A stretch of DNA of 64,000 bases, taken from an uncultured delta proteobacterium. Lineage in GTDB: Bacteria > Myxococcota_A > Polyangia > Haliangiales > Haliangiaceae. The stretch covers positions 1,248,001 through 1,312,000 of the forward strand of contig CAWKDB010000010.1 of NCBI GenBank assembly GCA_963848295.1, read 5' to 3'. Below, piece by piece: positions 1-11,245 of the stretch. Both the position numbers and the translations under genes were made by a program. The first letter of the stretch is position 1. The number at the start of each line of letters is the position of its first letter. The notes beneath the pieces are model-generated. The model was not told the origin of the DNA, did no database searches, and saw only the letters and a program-made list of their open reading frames with translations.

Positions 1-775
<775 letters not shown>

Positions 776-790
776 TGCGCGATCTTCCTT

Positions 791-1447
791 TTACTGGCCG
801 TGTCCGCGTGGCCAGCCGTCATCGGTTTCGTCCGCCGTTTCTAGCGCTCCCGTCTGACGCTCGAACGTCGTTTCGGGGGCCAAAGACGCCCTCTTGAACG
901 GAATTCGCGCGATCTCTCGATAGACTGAACCTGATGATTTCGTGTCGCTTTCGAACAGAGTGATCGCATCGACGCGGGTATCACCGAACATTTGTTCAGA
1001 CATGGGTAACACGACGTCTTTCAGAGCGCGAGTTTCGCGCAGCCGACCTAGCGTCACGTGGGGGTGAAACGGCCGCGAGTCCGCTGCGAATCCCAAGGCC
1101 GCCGTCGCGCTGTCGATGCGCGCGGCGAGCGCGGTCAGCGCCGCCGGATCTGCCACGCCGGCCCACAAGATGTTTGCCCGATCGAACGACTCGAACGCGC
1201 CGAGCCGTGCGACCGAGAGCTTCCACCCGGTCACGCCGATCGCCGCGGCGGTCAGCGCATCCTCGACCGAGCGCACGGCGTCGTCGCGGGTGAAGCCGAG
1301 AAACTTCAGCGTGACGTGATAGTTCACCGGCGCGACCCACTTGATCGCGAGCCCGGCATCTTTGCTGCGGCGCGCGAGCGTCTCGGCGCACCCGGCGAGC
1401 GCGTTCGCGGTCGCGACCGAAACTCTGATCCCCACGAAGAGTCTCAT
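791..1447 (-). CDS. thpR: RNA 2',3'-cyclic phosphodiesterase (2H family, LigT/ThpR)
   Basis: MRLFVGI start, two HxT motifs ([16 protein letters not shown]); ATGA overlap with cinA stop. Confidence 0.92.
   Translation of the reverse strand: MRLFVGIRVSVATANALAGCAETLARRSKDAGLAIKWVAPVNYHVTLKFLGFTRDDAVRSVEDALTAAAIGVTGWKLSVARLGAFESFDRANILWAGVADPAALTALAARIDSATAALGFAADSRPFHPHVTLGRLRETRALKDVVLPMSEQMFGDTRVDAITLFESDTKSSGSVYREIARIPFKRASLAPETTFERQTGALETADETDDGWPRGHGQ
984..999. promoter_or_regulatory. Candidate LexA (SOS) box upstream of recA, inside thpR
   Basis: CCGAACATTTGTTCAG; palindromic GAAC-N4-GTTC core, close to the Myxococcus LexA consensus CTRHAMRYBYGTTCAGS; about 210 bp upstream of recA. Confidence 0.6.
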
Positions 1448-2751
1448 GTCGCGTCCTGCAACGCGTCGGAGACGATCTTCAACGCCCACCAGCAGGCCAG
1501 CGTCCGCACTTCATCTCGGGCACGCGGCCAGTTGATCCGCTTCACCGTCAGCCCGTCCTCGGTTGCGACCGCGATCCACACCGTGCCGACCGGCTTGTCC
1601 GGTGTGCCACCGTCGGGCCCGGCGATGCCCGTGATCGCGACCGCGAGGTCGGTGCCGAACCGCTCGCGCGCACCGGTCGCCATCTCGCGCACCGTCTCCT
1701 CGCTGACCGCGCCGTGGGTTGCGAGCGTGCGGCCGTCGACGCCGAGCTGACGCACCTTCTCGCGGTTCGAGTAGACGATCGCGCCGCCCATGAACACCGC
1801 CGACATCCCGGGCGTTCGGGTCAGCATCTCGCCGAGCATGCCGCCGGTGCACGACTCGGCGACCGCGATCGTCTTGCCCGCGGCGATCAGCCGCTGCGCG
1901 ACGACCTCCGGCAGCGTCTGCTCGCCGGTGCCGTAGACCAGGCCGGCGAGTCGTTCGCGCGCGCTCGCATCGAGCCCGGCGAGCCGCGCATCGGCGACCG
2001 CTCGATCGCGATCGCGGACGACGAGCTTGACCAGCGTCTCGGGGAACTTCACCTGATAGTGGATCGTCGCACCGGAGGCGCCCCCGACGGTCGGGGCTTG
2101 CCCCCGGCCGGCCGCGCCGCCGGAGGGCGGCGCGGTTTGATCGATGAGGCCGGCGCACGCCTGCGCGATCTGCGACTCGCCCCGGCCGAACACTCTATAG
2201 ATCCGGCGCGCGACCCGCTCGACGTCACCGCCGGCCTCGCGCAGCTCGCGCAGCCGAGCGCCGAGCGCGCCGTCCCAGATCCCGTAGATCTCGCGAGGGA
2301 TGCCCGGCAGGCAGATCACCGGCACGCCGCGCAGCGCGAGCTCGAAGCACGGGGCGAGCCCGACGGGGTTGCCGTGGACCCGCGCTCCGGCCGGGACCCG
2401 GACCTGGCGCAGCTGGATCGGCGTGACGGCCACTCGACCCGCAAACCACGCCTCCATCCGAGCGCGTGAACCGTCGTCGATCACCGGCTCGACCCCCGCG
2501 AGCCGTGCCACGACGTCGACGGTGAGATCATCCTCGGTAGGCCCGAGGCCCCCCGAGCACACCACCAAGTCAGCACGCCCCACCGCGGTGGCCAGCGCAG
2601 CGGTCATATCGTCGGCGCTATCACCACAGCTGGTCATCCAGCGGGTGGTAATATCGAGATCCCACAGCCGCGCGGCTAGGTACGACGAATTCGTGTCCAC
2701 GATCTCGCCGCGGCACAGCTCGTCCCCGATCGTCAAGATCTCGGCGCGCAT
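1444..2751 (-). CDS. cinA: Competence/damage-inducible CinA (molybdopterin-binding-like domain + NMN deamidase)
   Basis: [50 protein letters not shown] motifs. Confidence 0.96.
   Translation of the reverse strand: MRAEILTIGDELCRGEIVDTNSSYLAARLWDLDITTRWMTSCGDSADDMTAALATAVGRADLVVCSGGLGPTEDDLTVDVVARLAGVEPVIDDGSRARMEAWFAGRVAVTPIQLRQVRVPAGARVHGNPVGLAPCFELALRGVPVICLPGIPREIYGIWDGALGARLRELREAGGDVERVARRIYRVFGRGESQIAQACAGLIDQTAPPSGGAAGRGQAPTVGGASGATIHYQVKFPETLVKLVVRDRDRAVADARLAGLDASARERLAGLVYGTGEQTLPEVVAQRLIAAGKTIAVAESCTGGMLGEMLTRTPGMSAVFMGGAIVYSNREKVRQLGVDGRTLATHGAVSEETVREMATGARERFGTDLAVAITGIAGPDGGTPDKPVGTVWIAVATEDGLTVKRINWPRARDEVRTLACWWALKIVSDALQDAT
2070..2138. repeat. Palindromic (REP-like) element inserted in frame within cinA
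   Basis: Perfect hairpin CCGCGCCGCC-GGAG-GGCGGCGCGG (2112-2135) plus CCCCGA-CGG-TCGGGG (2082-2096), encoding the low-complexity insert [22 protein letters not shown]; boundaries approximate. Confidence 0.55.
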
Positions 2752-2847
2752 CGCGCGGACTCTACCCGGAACACCTGCCGTTCGGTTGACGCAGGCGCGA
2801 CGCGTTGCCTATCATTTCGTTCTGCGCGGGGGACTCGCGCGCTGGCC

Positions 2848-3615
2848 ATGAAGATCCGCTACGCCGCTAAGACTGACGTCGGAATGAAGCGGACGCACAA
2901 CGAGGATTATTTCTCGTTGATCGAAGACGAGCAGCTATTCCTCGTCGCCGATGGCATGGGCGGTCATGCGTCCGGCGAAGTCGCCTCGAAGATGGCGGCC
3001 GAAACGATCGGCGAGTTCTATCAGCGGACGCGCGAGGACGAAGACGCGACCTGGCCGTACAAGATGGATCGCTCGCTGTCGTACATCGAGAACCGCCTGG
3101 TGTGCGCGGTGAAGCTCGCGAACCTGAGGATCTTCGAGACCTCGAACCGCGACCTTCGCTACAAGGGGATGGGCACGACGATCGTGAGCACGCTGGTCAG
3201 CGGCGATAAGATCTACGTCGGCCACGTCGGCGATTCGCGCGTCTATCGCGTGCGCGACACCGAGATCACGCAGCTGACGCGCGACCACTCACTGCTCGAA
3301 GATTACAAAGAAGCGAAGCCGGACATGACGGAAGAGGAAGAGCGCAACTTCCCTCACAAGAACGTCATCACGCGCGCGCTCGGCATGCGCGAGACCGTGC
3401 AAGTCGATATTCGCAGCCATCAGATCAAGAGCGGCGACGTCTACATCCTGTGCTCGGACGGCCTGTCCGGCATGGTGGTCGACGAGCAGATCGCGCAGAT
3501 CGCGTCGGGCGCGAAGAGCCTCGAGCGCGCGGTCGCCGAGCTCGTCGACGCGGCGAACCGCAACGGCGGCACCGACAACGTGACGACGCTGCTCCTGCAG
3601 TGTCTCGCCGCGTGA
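2848..3615 (+). CDS. PP2C-family Ser/Thr phosphatase (Stp1/IreP type, Pph1-like)
   Basis: [38 protein letters not shown] motifs; TTGACG-N18-TATCAT upstream. Confidence 0.95.
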   Translation: MKIRYAAKTDVGMKRTHNEDYFSLIEDEQLFLVADGMGGHASGEVASKMAAETIGEFYQRTREDEDATWPYKMDRSLSYIENRLVCAVKLANLRIFETSNRDLRYKGMGTTIVSTLVSGDKIYVGHVGDSRVYRVRDTEITQLTRDHSLLEDYKEAKPDMTEEEERNFPHKNVITRALGMRETVQVDIRSHQIKSGDVYILCSDGLSGMVVDEQIAQIASGAKSLERAVAELVDAANRNGGTDNVTTLLLQCLAA

Positions 3616-4103
3616 AATACCGCGTCGAGAGCGGCAAGCTCACGGTCACCGCGAAGTCCGCAGTGCACGACACGACCACGGTGTGGAGCAAGGTCGGCGG
3701 CGACGTCGATGCTGATCCCGATCATCTCGACACGGCGAGCGCGAGCTTCTCGGTCGACATGACCGCGTGCGACGCCGGCGACTGGCTCAAGAACCGCAAG
3801 CTCAGGAGCGACTTCCAGCTCGCGGATCATCCGACTGCAACGTTCCGGCTCGATCGCGTGTCCGAGATCGTACGCGATGGCCAGGCCTTCACCGCAACGG
3901 CGCGCGGCACCTTGAGCTGGCGCGGCAAACAAGTCGGGCTCGAGCTCGCCGGCAAGGGTACGCTCGATGCGATGAGGCTCGAAGCGAGCGCGACGTTCCA
4001 CCTCGACATCCGCACGCTCGGGCTGTCGGCGCCGCGGTTCTTGATGATCAAGATGTCGGACGAGGTGACGGTCGCGGTCGAGATCAGAGGACGGGCGGCG
4101 TGA
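3612..4103 (+). CDS. YceI-family lipid/polyisoprenoid-binding protein
   Basis: GTGA overlap with the phosphatase stop; YceI-like pattern ([25 protein letters not shown]). Confidence 0.75.
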   Translation: MKYRVESGKLTVTAKSAVHDTTTVWSKVGGDVDADPDHLDTASASFSVDMTACDAGDWLKNRKLRSDFQLADHPTATFRLDRVSEIVRDGQAFTATARGTLSWRGKQVGLELAGKGTLDAMRLEASATFHLDIRTLGLSAPRFLMIKMSDEVTVAVEIRGRAA

Positions 4104-4591
4104 AGGGATTGCTCGTGATCCAGATCGGGCTCGGGCTCGGGCTCGGGGGATGCAGCGGGCGCGAAGCGGAGGTGTCGTCGATCGGCCGCTTTCATTTCGG
4201 CGACAACCGCACCACGCTCGCCGACGCACGCGAAGGTCACTGCGAGCCGACCGATGTCAACGGCCGCAAGGTCACGTGGTGCTACGAGCTGACCCCGTAC
4301 AAGGTCGCGCATCGCATCGCCGAGGTCGACGCGTACTTCCTCGGCACCGAACCGACCGCGCCGCTGATCGAGCTGCAATTCAAGGTCCGCGGCTGCATCG
4401 AGAACGACGTCGAGAATTGGCTGCGCTCGGTGCTCGGCAACCCGGTCGAGACGCTCGCGACCCGAACCGATTGGCAGAACTCGTTCTTGTTCGCCGCGGC
4501 GTACCTGCCGTCGGAACCGGGCCGCTGCTTGATCCGGTTCCTGCCGACCTCCGAGCAAGCCGACATCGCGCGAATCAAGGCGACGAAATGA
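4100..4591 (+). CDS. Hypothetical lipoprotein
   Basis: GTGA coupling, hydrophobic N-terminus ending LGGC lipobox, GC3-biased codons. Confidence 0.7.
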   Translation: MKGLLVIQIGLGLGLGGCSGREAEVSSIGRFHFGDNRTTLADAREGHCEPTDVNGRKVTWCYELTPYKVAHRIAEVDAYFLGTEPTAPLIELQFKVRGCIENDVENWLRSVLGNPVETLATRTDWQNSFLFAAAYLPSEPGRCLIRFLPTSEQADIARIKATK

Positions 4592-4598
4592 ACGCCGA

Positions 4599-5099
4599 CT
4601 ACGCTCCGCGCTTGCCGTCCCGCGGGCACGCGCCGTCGGCTTGCCCGGCCGCTTTCGGGCAGAGACCGTAGAGCTCGTGGCGATGGCGCAGCACGGTGAA
4701 GCCGCCGAGCTTCGCGGCGATACGATCTTGCAGGCGCTCGATCTCGTCGTCCTCGAACTCGAGGATCAAGCCGCACTTCACGCAGATCAGGTGATCGTGA
4801 TGATCGCCGACGACTTCGTAGCGCGCTTGGCCGTCGCCGAACTGGCGTTCCACGGCGAGGCCGCTGTCGACCAGCAGCTTCAACGTGCGATAGACCGTCG
4901 CATAGCCGACCTTCGGTTGGCGTTTGCGCACCTTCGTCAGCAGCTCGTCGATCGAGACGTGATCGCGCGTGCGCAGGAACTGTTCGACGATCGCTTCGCG
5001 TTGCGCGGTGACGTTCAGACGGTGGTCTGCGATGTAGCTCCGCCACCGATCCTTGAGCTCCCCGGTATCGGGAGGCCTGAAGTCCGAACGCTCCGGCAT
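4599..5099 (-). CDS. fur: Fur-family transcriptional regulator
   Basis: [31 protein letters not shown] motifs. Confidence 0.9.
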   Translation of the reverse strand: MPERSDFRPPDTGELKDRWRSYIADHRLNVTAQREAIVEQFLRTRDHVSIDELLTKVRKRQPKVGYATVYRTLKLLVDSGLAVERQFGDGQARYEVVGDHHDHLICVKCGLILEFEDDEIERLQDRIAAKLGGFTVLRHRHELYGLCPKAAGQADGACPRDGKRGA

Positions 5100-5184
5100 G
5101 GTTTCAGCTTCCCCGCAACCAGGCGTGACGTCAAGCGAACTCGGAGGGGTGACTTTTCAGTTCGTGTTCGCTATGGTTCGGCGC

Positions 5185-5445
5185 GTGACGGCCGGAAGCG
5201 ACGGCGAGCTCGGGTTCGACGCGGTGTTGACGCGTCTCCGCGAGGTCGTCAGTCGACTCGAATCGGGGGATCTCACGCTCGAGCAATCACTCGCGATTTA
5301 CGAAGAAGGCGTTCAGCTCGCGCGCCGCGGCCATCACCTGCTCGCGACCGCGGAGCACAAGGTCGAGCTGTTGGTCAGCGCAGCGGGCGGGGTCGAGACC
5401 GTGCCGTTCGATCCGGGGAAGCCGGTCCGATCGAGCGAGTCGTGA
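5185..5445 (+). CDS. xseB: Exodeoxyribonuclease VII small subunit
   Basis: [32 protein letters not shown]; canonical position before ispA. Confidence 0.9.
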   Translation: MTAGSDGELGFDAVLTRLREVVSRLESGDLTLEQSLAIYEEGVQLARRGHHLLATAEHKVELLVSAAGGVETVPFDPGKPVRSSES

Positions 5446-6281
5446 CCGCGGCACGTCCCGCGACGCTCTCACCGTCGAGTGCGCCACCGGAGCTCGCGCA
5501 GTTTCTCGACGAGGCGCGCCGCGTGATCGATCGCGAGCTCGATCGCAGGCTCGCGCCACCCGAGCGCGATCCCGGCCGGCTCGCCGCCGCGATGCACTAT
5601 GCCGCGACGGGCCCCGGCAAGCGCTTGCGCCCGGCCCTCGTGCTCGCCGCCGCCGAGGCGTGCGGTGGATCGCGTGGCTCGGCCCTGCCGGCGGCGTGCG
5701 CACTCGAGATGCTGCACGCGTACACGCTGGTCCACGACGATCTGCCGGCGATGGACGACGATGACGAGCGCCGCGGCCGACCGACGGTGCACATCGCGTT
5801 CGGTGAGGCGATCGCGATCCTCGCGGGCGATGGCCTGTTGACCGCCGCGTTCGGCGCGCTCGCCGAGCTCGGGCCGCGCGCAGCCGACGCCGTCGCAGTC
5901 CTCGCGCGCCGCGCCGGGGTCAGCGAGCTGCTCGCCGGCCAAGCGATCGATCTGACCGAAGCGCCGCGCGGACTCGCCGCGATCGAGCAGCTGCATGCCG
6001 CGAAGACCGGGGCGTTGTTCGCCGCCGCCGGCGAGCTCGGAGCGATCGCGGCCGGGGCGCCCGCCGACGTGCGCGACGCCCTCGCTCGCTACGGGCTGGC
6101 GATCGGGATCGCGTTCCAGCACGCCGACGATCGCGACGATGAGGAGCAGGTCGACCACGCCGCCGCCGCAGCGGTCCGGATGCGCGAGCTGTGCAGCGAA
6201 GCACGCGCGATCGCTCGCAACCTCGGAGCGCGAGGTGCGACGCTGGACGCGATCGCCGCCTGGATCGAATCACGGGCCTAA
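5442..6281 (+). CDS. ispA: Polyprenyl (farnesyl/geranylgeranyl) diphosphate synthase
   Basis: [48 protein letters not shown]. Confidence 0.9.
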   Translation: MTAARPATLSPSSAPPELAQFLDEARRVIDRELDRRLAPPERDPGRLAAAMHYAATGPGKRLRPALVLAAAEACGGSRGSALPAACALEMLHAYTLVHDDLPAMDDDDERRGRPTVHIAFGEAIAILAGDGLLTAAFGALAELGPRAADAVAVLARRAGVSELLAGQAIDLTEAPRGLAAIEQLHAAKTGALFAAAGELGAIAAGAPADVRDALARYGLAIGIAFQHADDRDDEEQVDHAAAAAVRMRELCSEARAIARNLGARGATLDAIAAWIESRA

Positions 6282-6322
6282 CCGTCGTTGACTGAGACCT
6301 CGATGGATCCGTACGATGGGGT

Positions 6323-7222
6323 GTGGCGGACCAGTGGGACGAGGATACCTCGGCGACGGAGCCGTCCGAGCTCGAGGCGAAATCGTCGCAGCGCAATCGC
6401 GCGGTGCTGACCGTGTTGACCGGGACCTCGTCAGGCCAATCGTTTCGGCTGCCGCGCACCGGAAGCGCGATCCTCGGCCGCGCGCCGGGCGCCGAGCTCC
6501 GGCTCGAAGACGATGGCATCTCGCGCAACCACGCACGCGTGCGCGCCGAAGGCGGCAAGGCCTGGATCGACGATCTCGCGAGCCGCAACGGCACGTTCGT
6601 CAACGGCGCGAAGATCACGAGCGCGCTCGAGCTCGCCGATGGCGACAAGATCCAGATCGGACGGCTGACCGTCGTCCGCTACGGCATGCAGGACGCGCTC
6701 GACGAGAGCTTCCACGAGAATCTGCTGTCGTCGGCGCTGCGCGACGGTCTGACGAAGTTATTCAACAAGCGCTATCTGATGGACCGGCTCGATAGCGAGC
6801 TCAAGTTCGCGAAGCGCCACGAGACGTCGCTGTCGCTGCTCATGCTCGATCTCGACCACTTCAAGAAGATCAACGATACGCGCGGTCACCTCGCGGGCGA
6901 TGCGGTGCTCGCCCAGCTCGCCGGCGTGCTGTCGCGAGCGGTGCGCAACGAGGATGTCGTCGCGCGGTTCGGCGGCGAGGAGATCGCGATCATCTTGCGC
7001 GCGATCGGGCTCGAGCCAGCGCTCCACATGGCCGAGCGCCTGCGCCGCACGGTCGAGCAGACGGTGATTCCGTTCAACGGCGACGACCTCCGCGCGACGG
7101 TCTCGATCGGCGTCGCGGGTTTCCCGTCGACCCCAGCGGCGACGCCGGAGAACCTCGTCGAGGCCGCCGACCAGGCCTTGTATCGGGCCAAGCACGCGGG
7201 CAGAAACCGGGTAGCTCGGTAG
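6323..7222 (+). CDS. FHA-domain diguanylate cyclase
   Basis: FHA motifs (LGR, ISRNHA, SRNGTFVNG); GGDEF domain with RNED I-site and GGEEI active site. Confidence 0.93.
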   Translation: MADQWDEDTSATEPSELEAKSSQRNRAVLTVLTGTSSGQSFRLPRTGSAILGRAPGAELRLEDDGISRNHARVRAEGGKAWIDDLASRNGTFVNGAKITSALELADGDKIQIGRLTVVRYGMQDALDESFHENLLSSALRDGLTKLFNKRYLMDRLDSELKFAKRHETSLSLLMLDLDHFKKINDTRGHLAGDAVLAQLAGVLSRAVRNEDVVARFGGEEIAIILRAIGLEPALHMAERLRRTVEQTVIPFNGDDLRATVSIGVAGFPSTPAATPENLVEAADQALYRAKHAGRNRVAR

Positions 7223-7263
7223 GGAATTTTGCCGTCGGTGACCGGCGTTGCTACGGTCGAGCT

Positions 7264-9639
7264 ATGCGCCGATTGCTCCTGGCCTTCGCACTCACCGCTT
7301 GTAACGGCGCCTGCTCGGGCGACGCGCATCGCCACGTCGTAGCGCCGCACGCGCCGGTCGTGGCCGACGCACGGACCGGCCATGGCGACGGCGGAGTCGC
7401 CGGCGCGCTGTCGGAGGCGACCGTCGCATCGTACTGGGTGAGCGACGACGAGAAGGCCGCCGCGGCGGCGTTCGCGCTCCACAGCTGGCAGGCCGCGCGC
7501 GACGGGTTCGAGAAGGCGCGCACATCGGCGACCGATCCGGCGCGGATCGCGCGGCTCGAGTTGCTGATCGGCTTGTGCGCCGCCGCGCTCGACGATCACG
7601 AAGCCGCCGCGCAACACCTGGTCGCCGCCGACGCGGCGCTGCCCGAGCTCGCCGACTACATCGGCTATCACCTCGCCCGCTCGTTGTGGCTCGCGCATCA
7701 CGACGACGCCGCGCTCGAGCGCGCGCAGAAGATCGCGAAGGCCTCGATCGTCGGGCCCGATGCCGAGATCCTCGTCGGCGATCTGCTCGCCGACAAGGCC
7801 GACTGGGCCGGGCTCGCGACCCACTTCGCGGACTACTTGTCCCGTCACCCCGACGGGCCGTTTCGATCCGAAGCGCGCTACCAACGCGCCGATGCGCTGC
7901 TCCACACCGGCGGCGACGATGCGGAGGCGACCAAGCTGCTGCGCGCGATCGTGATCGACGACCCGCTGTCGTCGTGGGCGGAAAAGGCGCAGGCCAAGCT
8001 CGGCAAGACCGAGGTGTTCACCGCGACCGAGCAACTCACGCGCGCGAAGGTGCTGTTCGACGGCATGCGCAATCCGCTGTCGGAGAAGGCGTTCGCCGAC
8101 GTGCTCGCCGCCCCCGATGTCACGCCGGCGCAGCGATGCGAAGCGGCCTACAACCGAGCGCAGTCGCGGTTCAAGGCGCGCGATCGCAAGGGCGCCGCGC
8201 CGATGTTCGACGACGCGGCGGTCGCGTGTCACGCCGCGGCCAACACCGACCTCGAGGTCAAGAGCAACTACCAGGCGGGCCGGTCGTACTCGTTCATCGG
8301 CCAGCACGAGACCGCGATCGAGCGCTACAAGCTCGCCGAGACGATCGATCCGAAGCACAGCTACGCCGACGACGCGACGTTGCGCGAGGCCGAAGAGTGG
8401 GGCGTGCTCGACGACGACAAACAGGTCGAGGCGCTGCTCAGCACGTTGCCGACGAAGTTCCCCAACGGCGACAACAACGAAGAGGCGATGTGGCGACTCG
8501 GCTTCCGCGCGTGGCGGGCGCAGCACTACGACGACGCGATCAAGTGGTGGACCGAGCAGCTGCGGATCGTCGGACGCGACGATAGCTACAACGGCACGTT
8601 CGGGGACTTCGCGTCGGGCGAGGCCCAGTACTGGCTCGGCCGCGCCTATGCCGCGAAGGGCGACAGCGCGAAGGCCATCGACGCCTGGAAGACCACCGTG
8701 CGCACCGCGCCCGCGGCCTACTATTCGCTGCAAGCACTGAACCGGTTGCGCGAAACATCACCGAAAGACTTCGACGCGATCGTCGCGGAGATCTCGGCGG
8801 ACCCCGCCGGCTTCGATCCGAAAGCGCCGGCGTTCGTGTTCAAGCCGCGCCCCGAGTGGACGACGCCGGGCTTCGCGCGCGCGATGGAGCTGCTGCGCCT
8901 GGGCCTCGGCGATCCGGCGGCGCAAGAGCTCAAGAAGCTCGGGCTCGCCGCGCCCGGCGACCGCAAGCGCGTCGACGACCCCGACAAGATCGACAAGCTG
9001 TGGGCGATGGCGTTCCTGTACGACCGCGCCGGGCGCTACGCGACCTCGCACTGGCCGACGCGCTGGCACATCCTCGACTACCGCAAGCAATGGCCGGTCG
9101 GAGCCGACCGCGCGCGCTGGCAGATCGCCTACCCGCTCGCGTATCAAGAGCTGCTCGCGCGCCACGCGAAGCTCAACAACGTGCCGTTCGCGATGCAGAT
9201 CGGCATCGTGCGCGAAGAGAGCGCGTTCGATCCGCTCGACGAGAGCTACGCGAACGCGATCGGGCTCACCCAGATGATCCCGTCGACCGCGCACGACTTC
9301 TCGAAGGGCACCGGCATCGACCCGACGCGCGAGAACCTGCGCGACCCCGAAAAGAACGTGACCATCGGCTCGCGCTTCCTCGGCTCGCTGTTCAAGGACT
9401 GGAACAACTTCGTCCTGCTCGTGCCCACCTCGTACAACGCCGGACCCGGCTACGTCCGCCGAAATCTACGAGCGCGCGGCACGTGGGATAGCGACGAGTT
9501 CGTCGAGGGCATCATGGACGACCAAGCGCGCGGCTACACCAAGCGCGTGCTCGGCACCTTCTTCACGTACACCTGGCTGTACCAACACGAAGTGCCCGTC
9601 GTGCCGCTGACGATCCCCAAAGACCTGATTCCGAAGTGA
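7264..9639 (+). CDS. TPR-containing soluble lytic transglycosylase (SLT) lipoprotein
   Basis: LTAC lipobox, helical repeats, C-terminal REESAF..AIGLTQMIP..SYNAGPG. Confidence 0.9.
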   Translation: MRRLLLAFALTACNGACSGDAHRHVVAPHAPVVADARTGHGDGGVAGALSEATVASYWVSDDEKAAAAAFALHSWQAARDGFEKARTSATDPARIARLELLIGLCAAALDDHEAAAQHLVAADAALPELADYIGYHLARSLWLAHHDDAALERAQKIAKASIVGPDAEILVGDLLADKADWAGLATHFADYLSRHPDGPFRSEARYQRADALLHTGGDDAEATKLLRAIVIDDPLSSWAEKAQAKLGKTEVFTATEQLTRAKVLFDGMRNPLSEKAFADVLAAPDVTPAQRCEAAYNRAQSRFKARDRKGAAPMFDDAAVACHAAANTDLEVKSNYQAGRSYSFIGQHETAIERYKLAETIDPKHSYADDATLREAEEWGVLDDDKQVEALLSTLPTKFPNGDNNEEAMWRLGFRAWRAQHYDDAIKWWTEQLRIVGRDDSYNGTFGDFASGEAQYWLGRAYAAKGDSAKAIDAWKTTVRTAPAAYYSLQALNRLRETSPKDFDAIVAEISADPAGFDPKAPAFVFKPRPEWTTPGFARAMELLRLGLGDPAAQELKKLGLAAPGDRKRVDDPDKIDKLWAMAFLYDRAGRYATSHWPTRWHILDYRKQWPVGADRARWQIAYPLAYQELLARHAKLNNVPFAMQIGIVREESAFDPLDESYANAIGLTQMIPSTAHDFSKGTGIDPTRENLRDPEKNVTIGSRFLGSLFKDWNNFVLLVPTSYNAGPGYVRRNLRARGTWDSDEFVEGIMDDQARGYTKRVLGTFFTYTWLYQHEVPVVPLTIPKDLIPK

Positions 9640-9640
9640 G

Positions 9641-10402
9641 CTACTTCGGCGGCATGCGCAGCGCGCCATCGAGCCGGATCGTCTCGCCGTTCAAGTAGCC
9701 GTTCGCGACGATCGCGGCCACGAGCTCGCCGTAGTCGTCGGGCGAGCCGAGCCGTTTCGGGAACACGACATCGGACGCGAGCGCCGCGCGCTTGTCTTCC
9801 GGCAACGCGCCCAGCATCGGCGTGTCGAAGATACCGGGCGCGATCGTCACGACGCGAATGCCGACCGGCGCCAGGTCGCGCGCCGCCGGCAACGTCATGC
9901 CCGCGACCCCGGCTTTCGAGGCGGCGTACGCGATCTGGCCGATCTGACCGTCGAACGCCGCGACCGATGCGGTGTTGACGATCACGCCGCGCTCGCCGTG
10001 GTCGAGCGGTGCGGTCTGCGCGATCGCCGCCGCCGCGAGCCGCAGCACGTTGAACGTCCCGATCAGGTTGACGCCGATCACCGTCCGAAATAGCTCCAGG
10101 TCGTGCGGCTTGCCGGTCTTGTCGAGCGTGCGCGCGGCCCAGCCGACTCCGGCGCACGACACCACGACGCGCAACGGACCCATGGCCGTCGCCGCGGCGA
10201 GGGCGCGCCCGACTTGCTCGGCGTCGGTGACGTCGGTCGTCACGAACGTCGCGGATAGCTCGGCGGCGAGCGCTTGACCGCGGGCTTGGTCTCGGTCCGC
10301 GATCACGACCTTGGCTCCGCCTGCGGTGAGCCGCCGAGCCGTCGCGGCGCCGAGCCCGGAGGCGCCACCCGTGACGAGTGCGATCGTTCCTTGCAGCTTC
10401 AT
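9641..10402 (-). CDS. SDR oxidoreductase, 3-hydroxyacyl-CoA dehydrogenase type II-like
   Basis: TGGASGLG, NTASVAAFDGQIGQIAYAASK, IRLDGALRM. Confidence 0.93.
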   Translation of the reverse strand: MKLQGTIALVTGGASGLGAATARRLTAGGAKVVIADRDQARGQALAAELSATFVTTDVTDAEQVGRALAAATAMGPLRVVVSCAGVGWAARTLDKTGKPHDLELFRTVIGVNLIGTFNVLRLAAAAIAQTAPLDHGERGVIVNTASVAAFDGQIGQIAYAASKAGVAGMTLPAARDLAPVGIRVVTIAPGIFDTPMLGALPEDKRAALASDVVFPKRLGSPDDYGELVAAIVANGYLNGETIRLDGALRMPPK

Positions 10403-10417
10403 CCTGCGAACATAGCG

Positions 10418-11245
10418 CTACTGGTCGTCGCACACCGTACCGAGCGATCCGTAGATTCCGAGCTCGCGGTAGATCAGGTAGCGGTTCTCGGCCGGGTCGA
10501 GCACGGTCAGCGGCGTCCGCTTGTCGCCCTTGATCCACAGCGCGCCGTCTTGGCCTTTGACGAGCTTGAGGTCGCCGCCCTTCGTCGCGAAGATCGCGCC
10601 GGCGCTGTCGTCGGCCTCGTTGACGAGCGGCAGCTCCTTCATCGCGCCTTTCGGACCGGCGAACACGCGATAGCCGTTGCCGCCCGCGTCGTCACGCAGC
10701 TGATCGACGAAGTAATAGTTGGCGTCGTCGTCGCGCGCGAGCGTGTGCGGCTGCCGTTGCCAGAACGGCGGATAGAACTTCGCGTGCTTGAGCATCACCT
10801 TCGCTTCGTCGGCCTTGAGCTGGGCCGGCGCGCGCTTGCCGTTGCGCGACGAGCAGTCGACCTCGAGGCTGTTGGACATCTCGACGATCTTCGCGCCGAT
10901 CATCCCGCGCACCCGCGGCGACCATAGGGTCCAGTCGTAATGGGTCGCATCGGAGCCGTAGCCGAACGCGCGTTGCTGATACATCGTCTTGCCGTCGCCG
11001 TAGAACATCCAATCCTGCAGCCCATCGGCGGTCATCGAACCGAGTCGCGGCACCGCGTAGTACATGCCGGTGTCGTCGCGAAACACGTCGAGCTTGTCGA
11101 TCCCATCCTTGATGTCGATCGGCTTGGCTTTCTCGGTCGGTAGGCGCTGCTGCACCGGGATCCGCGGCGTCGGGGGCGCCGGCTTCGGCTCGGCGTGGCC
11201 GACACCACCGAGCGCCAGGACGACCGCGACTACAGATCGTCGCAC
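10418..11245 (-). CDS. Secreted hypothetical protein, paralog of 11230-11997
   Basis: GTG start with signal peptide; shares LARDD..YYFVDQL, GPKGAMK, DSAG, KGDKRTPL, ELGIY..GTVCDD with its neighbour. Confidence 0.8.
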   Translation of the reverse strand: MRRSVVAVVLALGGVGHAEPKPAPPTPRIPVQQRLPTEKAKPIDIKDGIDKLDVFRDDTGMYYAVPRLGSMTADGLQDWMFYGDGKTMYQQRAFGYGSDATHYDWTLWSPRVRGMIGAKIVEMSNSLEVDCSSRNGKRAPAQLKADEAKVMLKHAKFYPPFWQRQPHTLARDDDANYYFVDQLRDDAGGNGYRVFAGPKGAMKELPLVNEADDSAGAIFATKGGDLKLVKGQDGALWIKGDKRTPLTVLDPAENRYLIYRELGIYGSLGTVCDDQ

